The notes under the pieces are model-generated. The model was not told where the DNA came from and searched no databases. It saw only the letters and a program-made list of their open reading frames with translations. The translations under genes were made by a program, and so were the position numbers. From the NCBI RefSeq assembly GCF_013141775.1, contig NZ_WHOB01000082.1:39922-103921 (forward strand): a DNA stretch of 64,000 bases. The letters are read 5' to 3'. This document shows, one piece after another, positions 57,858 to 64,000 of this stretch. How positions within the stretch are numbered: position 1 is the stretch's first letter; each line of letters opens with the position of its first letter. This DNA is from Paenibacillus phytohabitans (lineage in GTDB: Bacteria; Bacillota; Bacilli; Paenibacillales; Paenibacillaceae).

Positions 57858-60800
57858 TTGAGATTTAAACGGATAATCGCCTTGTTGCTAGTGTTTGCCA
57901 TGGTCATACCGACGGGCTTGATACATGCGGCTGATCTGGTATTGAAAGAGGATGCAAATATAGTGAAGCAGATGCCTTCTGGTTTGACAGAGCTGGAAGG
58001 TATTATTGATGTTACGGATGAACCGTATGAGGCAGAGATAATTGTTACCTCTGCGTATGGGATATTGGCTTATAGTCCACAATCTGTCCAATTATCAATT
58101 GAGGAAGAAAATCCGGTAGGCAAGCGGATTGTGGGCAACAAACTGCTCATTGATCAAGGAGCTCCAGCTGGAACGATTACCATCAAAGCTGTATTGCCTG
58201 GGAATTATTACACTACTCATACTATTACTGTGAATTCAGGTGGGGGTACTCAGCAACCGGCGCAGCCAAGAATAGCCCATACGCTGCTGGATACAAGTGA
58301 TCTTAATCATCTCATCGTAAGTGCAACGGCACTGGATGGCGGAATTCACAATGTACAGATAAGAACATTTTATAAGAATGCCTCAGGAATGGTAGGGGGA
58401 GACATTTCCAATCTGACCCGGGAAGGCAATAGTTCAGTATTTTCTGCAGACATTACCGATCAGGTCTCCAGTAAGATGAGAGATTCCAATGCCTATGAAA
58501 TGACTTATTTCTTCACGATGTCTAATGAAGATGAGGAATTCCTGCAATATCCCGAGGTTATTGACATGAACTCGTTGGAGGGTGCTTTGACGGTTAAGCT
58601 GGCTGATCCACCGGATTTATCCACAGCAGCTATAGTCGAGCATACCCCGCCTGTTGTTACCAGTTTCGACAACATACCCGCTACATTCAAGATTACGCAG
58701 TTGCAGGAAGGCGAAGTTCCAACAATCAATGTCTATTACAGATCAGAATTAAATTCCAACAGTTTAAGTATAGTGAAGGGAATGGGCCAATTAACCCATG
58801 TGGACGGTGATACGTATACCGTTAATTTAGCTGACCCCGAATTTAAACAATTGAAAGCCCATACGATAGAGTACTTTATATCCACGAATCGGGGAAACCA
58901 ATGGGTTTATTACCCGCAGGGCATGAATCCTTCTGCTCTTACCGGCTTATATAGCACCTCCATCCCACGCGAATTATACGGTTCGGAGGAACCGGAAGAG
59001 CCGGAAGAACCGGAGATAAAAAAGGCTGACTTAGAATCCAAAATTTTCGAAGCGTCCGACCTTTGGTTTAATAGCATTGAGGGGAACGGTGTAGGAGAAT
59101 ATTCTAGACAAGCAAGAGACGCTTTACTCGATGCCCTTATGCAAGCAGAAGATGTGTACTACTTTTCAGAAAATCAAATGCAAATTAACAATGCATATCA
59201 AATGTTATCCGATGCAATAGAGATATTTCGCGCGGCAGCAGTGACTCCGCTTCAGGCTATTATTAACGATGCACAATGGCAATATGACTATTACCCGATA
59301 GGGTCAGATTTCGATCAATATCCGGCTGAGGCAAAAAATGCGTTAGGAGCTGCTATTACTTCGGCTAAAGAATGGAATAATCCGACCTCTACCGAAGCTG
59401 AGCTAGATGCTGCCTATCAAGCTTTAGATGCCGCAATTACAAAATTCTTAGACTCCATAATTAAGAGGGGAGATCCCTCGGTACTCCAGGAGAAAATTGA
59501 TGAAATTCACAACATTTTGATATTTACTTCGGAAGGGGATGGACCAGGACAGTATCCTTACTCAGCATACAGAGATTTGGATAGTGTCATCGATGCCGCA
59601 AATCATTTGATTTTTTATTCAGGAACCCAAGCACAAATTAATGAGGCATACGAGAATTTGAAGGACGCATTTCAAATTTTCCTGGATGCCAAAAATCCCG
59701 ATGCAGATAAAGTCGCGCTCCAGGCTGCGATTGAGACTGCCAAGGCATTTTTGAACAACAATGTGGTAGGTACCAAAGTTGGACAATATCCGGAAAATTC
59801 GAAGAACATCCTCCAAGGTTCCATAGATGCTGCGTGGGAGACGTTAATCAACCTGATGTCTACACAAATTGAGGTTGATCAAGCGTTAACTTCTGTGAAT
59901 AATACATTGGCGGATTTCAAGGCATCTGTCCTCGTACAAGGAAATCAGCTATTCCTTCACGTAACCATCATTGATGCGAAAGAGCTCCTGGATAATAGTC
60001 CAGTAGGAGAGGGTGCTGGTCAATTCCCATCTGATGCTATGCATGCACTTGAAGCAGCAATTGGTGTGGCGGAAACGGCAATCAGCGGACCGATGACGCA
60101 AGTCGAGCTTGATGAAGCGCGGCAAGTGCTGGAAACAGCAGTCACGACCTTTAAAGCTGCAGAAATCAAGGCAGTAGATAAAACAGCGTTACAGGGCAAA
60201 ATTGACGACGCGACATCTGCTTACAATATGAGCCGGGTTGGCACTGATTTTGGAGAATATCCGGCTGAAGCAAAAACGGCTTTGAAGGCAGCCATTGACG
60301 CTGCTAAAGTTCTGATCGACAAGTCAGCAGCTTCGCAAGCTGAGATTGACGCGGCAACTCAAACACTAAATGCTGCAATTACAACCTTTTATGCTGCAGC
60401 GGTCGAAATGGGAGATTACCTTAAACTTCAAGAAAAAGTTATAGAAGCGCGATCCCTATATCGGGAAAGTCCACGAGGCGATGGGATCGGTGCATACCCA
60501 GATGCGGCATTTAATGACTTTGATGAAGCTATAGAGCTAGCTAATGAAATAGCGACCTATCTAGCCAGCCAAACCAAACTGGATAAGGCCCTCCAGGCAT
60601 TATCGGATGCAATGGAGAAATTCGAAGAATCTGTAATTAAGGCGGGAGACAATACAGCACTACAAGCCGCAATTACTGAGGCGAAAATCCTCCTGGAGGG
60701 AAGTACTGAAGGAAATGCTGTAGGAGAATATCCGCTAGAAGCCATGGACTTACTGGCATCCGCGATTACAGATGCAGAAAACTTGGCAAATGAAGAAGCG

Positions 60801-63800
60801 ACTCAAGTAGCAATGGATGAGGCTATCCTAACTCTGAACAACGCAGTTGCAGCTTTTGAAGCTGCGGTGATCAAGGAAGGGAACAGCACAGAGCTCCAAC
60901 TCAAAATTGAAGCAGCAAGAAATCTTTTGAGTTTTAGCGCAGAGGGTGATCGTCCTGGAGAGTATCCGTCAGAAGCCTTCGATGCTTTGGATAAGGCTGT
61001 TGAAGCTGCCGAGACTCTGATGGATTCCCCCGGGACACAGCAACAGATTGATGATGCCCATCATGATTTGGTACAAGCAATCGAAGCTTTCGAAAATGCT
61101 AAGATTCAGGAGGGCGAGTATGCCCCGCTTCTAATGGCGTTATCGGAGGCAATGACACTCTATGATACTAGCCCGGAGGGCTACGGTGCAGGGCAATATT
61201 GGCCGGAGGTCAAAGAGTTGTTCATGACAGCCATTGAGGAGGCAAACATAGTAGCAGGCGGGCCGTCAACTCAAGAAGAAATAGAGGAAGCACTTCAAAC
61301 ACTTGCGGATGCGGTTGAAGATTTTCAGAAATCTGTAGTTCGTGCCGGGGACAGCACAAATCTTCAATTGGCCATTACGGAATTGACCACTCTTTTGAGC
61401 AACAGCAAAGAGGGGGATGACGCAGGAGAATATCCGGCAGGTTCAAAAGCGATTTTGCAGGCAGCGGTTACGGCAGCATCGAATGTGATCAGCGAACCGG
61501 CTACCCAGCAGGAGATTGACCAGGCTTATGAGGAACTGATAGATGCGGCAGGTATTTTCATCGCTAAAATAATTCCAGCGGGCAATATCTCGAAAGCTCT
61601 CGAAAAAATTTATGAGGTAGGCAGGCTTTTGGAGGCCAGCAAAGCAGGAACCGGAGTTGGACAATATCCGGCTGAGGCAATAGCAGCATTGGAGGCAGTA
61701 TTTGATGCAGCGATTATTGTGGTCGATAAACCTTCTTCGCAAGTGAAGCTTGATGCTACTTACCAAGCCCTTGTAGACGCGGTCGATGTGTTTAAGAAGG
61801 CGCAGATACAGGCTGGCGATACTGAAGAAGCTGATGTGGTAGTGAGCAGCGCAGAAACGCTGCTGAGAGACAGCGTTGTAGGCGAAGGCGTAGGCGAATA
61901 TCCGCTGGCAGCCAAAACGACACTGGAAGCAGCGATTGCAGCAGCCAAAGAAGTGTTTGAACAACCAGCGACACAAGCGCAGATTGATACAGCTAAAGCG
62001 GCGTTGGAAGCAGCGATCACAACTTTCAAGAATACAGTGAATAAAGAAGGCAGCAGCGAAGAAGCTGACGCAGTCGTGAGCGAAGCGGAAACGCTGCTGA
62101 GAGACAGCATTGTAGGCGAAGGCGTAGGCCAATATCCACTGTCTGCCAAAACAACACTGGAGGCTGCGATTGCAGCAGCCAAGGAAGTGTTTGAACAACC
62201 GGCAACACAAGCGCAGATTGATACAGCCAAAACAACATTGGAAGCAGCAATCAAGGCATTTGAAGCTGGGGTGAATAAAGAAGGCAGCAGCGAAGAAGCT
62301 GATGCGGTAGTGACCGAAGCAGGAACGCTGCTGGAAGACAGCGTTGTAGGCGAAGGCGTAGGCGAATACCCGCTGGCAGCCAAAACAACACTGGAAGCTG
62401 CTATTGCAGCAGCTAAGGAAGTGCTGGAACAACCAGCGACACAAGCGCAGATTGATACAGCTAAAGCGGCGTTGGAAGCAGCGATCACAACTTTCAAGAA
62501 TACAGTGAATAAAGAAGGCAGCAGCGAAGAAGCTGATGCAGCTGTGACCGGCGCAGAAACGCTGCTGAGAGACAGCATTGTAGGCGAAGGCGTAGGCCAA
62601 TATCCACTGTCTGCCAAAACAACACTGGAGGCTGCGATTACAGCAGCCAAGGAAGTGTTTGAACAACCGGCAACACAAGTGCAGATTGATACAGCTAAGG
62701 CGGCGTTGGAAGCAGCGGTCGCAACTTTCAAAAATGCAGTGAATAAAGAAGGCAGCAGCGAAGAAGCTGATGTGGTAGTGAGCAGCGCAGAAACGCTGCT
62801 GAGAGACAGCATTGTAGGCGAAGGCATAGGCCAATATCCACTGTCTGCCAAAACATCACTGGAGGCTGCGATTACAGCAGCCAAGGAAGTGTTTGAACAA
62901 CCGGCAACACAAGCGCAGATTGATACAGCTAAGGCGGCGTTGGAAGCGGCAATTACCGCATTTGTAGCTAAGGTAAATGGAGCAGGTAGCAGTGAAGAAG
63001 CTGATGCGGTAGTGATCGGCGCAGAAACGCTACTGAAAGACAGCGTTGTAGGTGAAGGCATAGGTGAGTACCCGCTGGCAGCCAAAACAACACTGGAAGC
63101 AGCGATTGCAGCAGCCAAGGAAGTGTTCGAAAACCCTGCAACGCAGGCTCAGATTGATGAAGCCAAAGCAACGTTGGAAGCGGCAATCAGTACATTTGAA
63201 GCTGAAGTGAATAAAGAAGGCAGCAGCGAAGAAGCTGATGCAGCTGTGACCGAAGCAGAAGCTTTGTTGGTTGATGTGCCAGTAGGGGAAGGCGTAGGCC
63301 AATATCCGTCAGAAGCGGTCGACGTGTTAAAAGCAGCTATCAAGGCAGCCAAGGAAGTGTTCGAAAACCCTGCAACGCAGGCTCAGATTGACGAAGCCAA
63401 AGCAACATTGGAGGCGGCAATTACCGCTTTTGAAGCTGCAGTGAATAAAGAAGGCAGCAGCGAAGAAGTTGATGCAGCTGTGACCGAAGCAGAAGCTTTG
63501 TTGGTTGATGTACCAGTAGGCGAGGGCGTAGGCCAATATCCGTCAGAAGCTGTCGACGTATTGAAAGCAGCAATCAAGGCAGCGAAAGAAGTGTTCGAAA
63601 ACCCGGCAACGCAGGCGCAGATTGATGCAGCCAAAGCAACATTGGATGCAGCAATCACGACATTTGAAGCTGCAGTGAATAAAGAAGGTAACAGCGAAGA
63701 GGCTGACGCAGCTGTGACCGAAGCAGAAACATTGCTGGTCGACGTGCCAGTAGGCGATGGCGTAGGTCAATATCCGTCAGAAGCAGTCGACGTATTGAAA

Positions 63801-64000
63801 GCAGCAATCAAGGCAGCGAAAGAAGTGTTCGAAAACCCGGCGACACAAGCGCAGATTGATGCAGCCAAAGCAACATTGGAAGCAGCAATGACGACATTTG
63901 AAGCTGCAGTGAATAAAGAAGGCAACAGCGAAGAGGCTGACGCAGCTGTGACCGAAGCAGAAACATTGCTGGTCGACGTGCCAGTAGGCGATAGCGTAGG
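57858..64000 (+). CDS. Giant secreted surface protein, 5' partial. The ORF is open to the window end, at least 2047 codons. Built of signal peptide, ~380-aa N-terminal region, then at least 21 tandem 78-aa FIVAR-like repeats. Alternative ATG starts at 57834 and 57843.
   Basis: GGAGGAAAAGG RBS, then TTG 57858. Signal peptide 'RFKRIIALLLVFAMVIPTGLIHA'. Repeats of the form 'GD.T.LQ.AI..A..LL.GS.EG..VGEYP..A...L..AI..A......ATQ..ID.A...L..A...F'. Not in the ORF track because there is no stop within the window. Confidence 0.8.
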   Translation, partial: MRFKRIIALLLVFAMVIPTGLIHAADLVLKEDANIVKQMPSGLTELEGIIDVTDEPYEAEIIVTSAYGILAYSPQSVQLSIEEENPVGKRIVGNKLLIDQGAPAGTITIKAVLPGNYYTTHTITVNSGGGTQQPAQPRIAHTLLDTSDLNHLIVSATALDGGIHNVQIRTFYKNASGMVGGDISNLTREGNSSVFSADITDQVSSKMRDSNAYEMTYFFTMSNEDEEFLQYPEVIDMNSLEGALTVKLADPPDLSTAAIVEHTPPVVTSFDNIPATFKITQLQEGEVPTINVYYRSELNSNSLSIVKGMGQLTHVDGDTYTVNLADPEFKQLKAHTIEYFISTNRGNQWVYYPQGMNPSALTGLYSTSIPRELYGSEEPEEPEEPEIKKADLESKIFEASDLWFNSIEGNGVGEYSRQARDALLDALMQAEDVYYFSENQMQINNAYQMLSDAIEIFRAAAVTPLQAIINDAQWQYDYYPIGSDFDQYPAEAKNALGAAITSAKEWNNPTSTEAELDAAYQALDAAITKFLDSIIKRGDPSVLQEKIDEIHNILIFTSEGDGPGQYPYSAYRDLDSVIDAANHLIFYSGTQAQINEAYENLKDAFQIFLDAKNPDADKVALQAAIETAKAFLNNNVVGTKVGQYPENSKNILQGSIDAAWETLINLMSTQIEVDQALTSVNNTLADFKASVLVQGNQLFLHVTIIDAKELLDNSPVGEGAGQFPSDAMHALEAAIGVAETAISGPMTQVELDEARQVLETAVTTFKAAEIKAVDKTALQGKIDDATSAYNMSRVGTDFGEYPAEAKTALKAAIDAAKVLIDKSAASQAEIDAATQTLNAAITTFYAAAVEMGDYLKLQEKVIEARSLYRESPRGDGIGAYPDAAFNDFDEAIELANEIATYLASQTKLDKALQALSDAMEKFEESVIKAGDNTALQAAITEAKILLEGSTEGNAVGEYPLEAMDLLASAITDAENLANEEATQVAMDEAILTLNNAVAAFEAAVIKEGNSTELQLKIEAARNLLSFSAEGDRPGEYPSEAFDALDKAVEAAETLMDSPGTQQQIDDAHHDLVQAIEAFENAKIQEGEYAPLLMALSEAMTLYDTSPEGYGAGQYWPEVKELFMTAIEEANIVAGGPSTQEEIEEALQTLADAVEDFQKSVVRAGDSTNLQLAITELTTLLSNSKEGDDAGEYPAGSKAILQAAVTAASNVISEPATQQEIDQAYEELIDAAGIFIAKIIPAGNISKALEKIYEVGRLLEASKAGTGVGQYPAEAIAALEAVFDAAIIVVDKPSSQVKLDATYQALVDAVDVFKKAQIQAGDTEEADVVVSSAETLLRDSVVGEGVGEYPLAAKTTLEAAIAAAKEVFEQPATQAQIDTAKAALEAAITTFKNTVNKEGSSEEADAVVSEAETLLRDSIVGEGVGQYPLSAKTTLEAAIAAAKEVFEQPATQAQIDTAKTTLEAAIKAFEAGVNKEGSSEEADAVVTEAGTLLEDSVVGEGVGEYPLAAKTTLEAAIAAAKEVLEQPATQAQIDTAKAALEAAITTFKNTVNKEGSSEEADAAVTGAETLLRDSIVGEGVGQYPLSAKTTLEAAITAAKEVFEQPATQVQIDTAKAALEAAVATFKNAVNKEGSSEEADVVVSSAETLLRDSIVGEGIGQYPLSAKTSLEAAITAAKEVFEQPATQAQIDTAKAALEAAITAFVAKVNGAGSSEEADAVVIGAETLLKDSVVGEGIGEYPLAAKTTLEAAIAAAKEVFENPATQAQIDEAKATLEAAISTFEAEVNKEGSSEEADAAVTEAEALLVDVPVGEGVGQYPSEAVDVLKAAIKAAKEVFENPATQAQIDEAKATLEAAITAFEAAVNKEGSSEEVDAAVTEAEALLVDVPVGEGVGQYPSEAVDVLKAAIKAAKEVFENPATQAQIDAAKATLDAAITTFEAAVNKEGNSEEADAAVTEAETLLVDVPVGDGVGQYPSEAVDVLKAAIKAAKEVFENPATQAQIDAAKATLEAAMTTFEAAVNKEGNSEEADAAVTEAETLLVDVPVGDSV
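59000..64000 (+). repeat. Tandem coding repeat array with a 234-bp period. Copies from about 61806 onward are near-identical at the DNA level. Two sub-types are present (A: ...RDSIVGEGVGQYPLSAKTTLEAAIAAAKEVFEQPATQAQIDTAK..., B: ...VDVPVGEGVGQYPSEAVDVLKAAIKAAKEVFENPATQAQIDEAK...).
   Basis: Unit start anchors measured at 62040, 62274, 62508, 62742, 62976, 63210, 63444, 63678, 63912, each 234 bp apart. Confidence 0.9.

Noticed and set aside
61443-63770. Minus-strand ORFs of 400 aa or more, Cys/Ala/Ser-rich (61443-62834, 61760-63118 and others)
   Set aside because: They are antisense to the FIVAR repeat array. Repetitive stop-free frames are an artefact of the 234-bp tandem repeats. They have no RBS and a nonsensical composition.
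59000-64000. Possible CRISPR array
   Set aside because: The repeats are 234-bp coding units inside one ORF with no short unique spacers and no cas genes. It is a protein repeat array.

Overview
This 64 kb window looks like a Paenibacillus-like Firmicute chromosome. The genus call rests on the gene content (GlnK/GlnL-like two-component system, yerC-dagK-rlmCD synteny, a GH5-CBM3 cellulase, a FIVAR-repeat surface protein) and on GGAGG ribosome-binding sites. Positions 1-10100 are GC-rich core genes: two amino-acid ABC permeases, a GlnK/GlnL-like two-component system, corA, yerC, a CbiX-type chelatase, dagK and rlmCD. Positions 10100-33100 are accessory: a serine-hydrolase gene bracketed by about 239-bp direct repeats, an LRR protein, a GH5-CBM3 cellulase, an MFS exporter, dus, a 7TMR-DISM two-component system and a secreted CBM5/12-crystallin-SLT protein. 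Inside this stretch sits a compact, translationally coupled operon that I do not recognise as a described pathway: carrier protein, ATP-grasp ligase, GT28-like glycosyltransferase, radical-SAM/SPASM enzyme and Gfo/Idh/MocA oxidoreductase. It is read divergently from an AraC regulator plus a BtrH_N-like transferase and is flanked by a nucleotidyltransferase. This operon is the most interesting candidate for a novel system. Positions 33100-57800 form an AT-rich, mosaic defense island. It contains a DinB-like/MazG-like/DUF2075 block, a Type III-like restriction-modification pair in res-then-mod order with a TTG-start methyltransferase, an AT-rich stretch of gene debris, a NERD pseudogene, a McrBC-like pair with an 818-aa McrC, an orphan roughly 1000-aa SF1 helicase, an SPFH protein, and a hypothetical protein next to a NADAR hydrolase. 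From 57858 to the window end runs a giant secreted surface protein that the ORF track does not list because it has no stop in the window. It is built of 78-aa FIVAR-like repeats whose last ten or more copies are near-identical 234-bp tandem DNA repeats. No rRNA, tRNA or CRISPR array was found.
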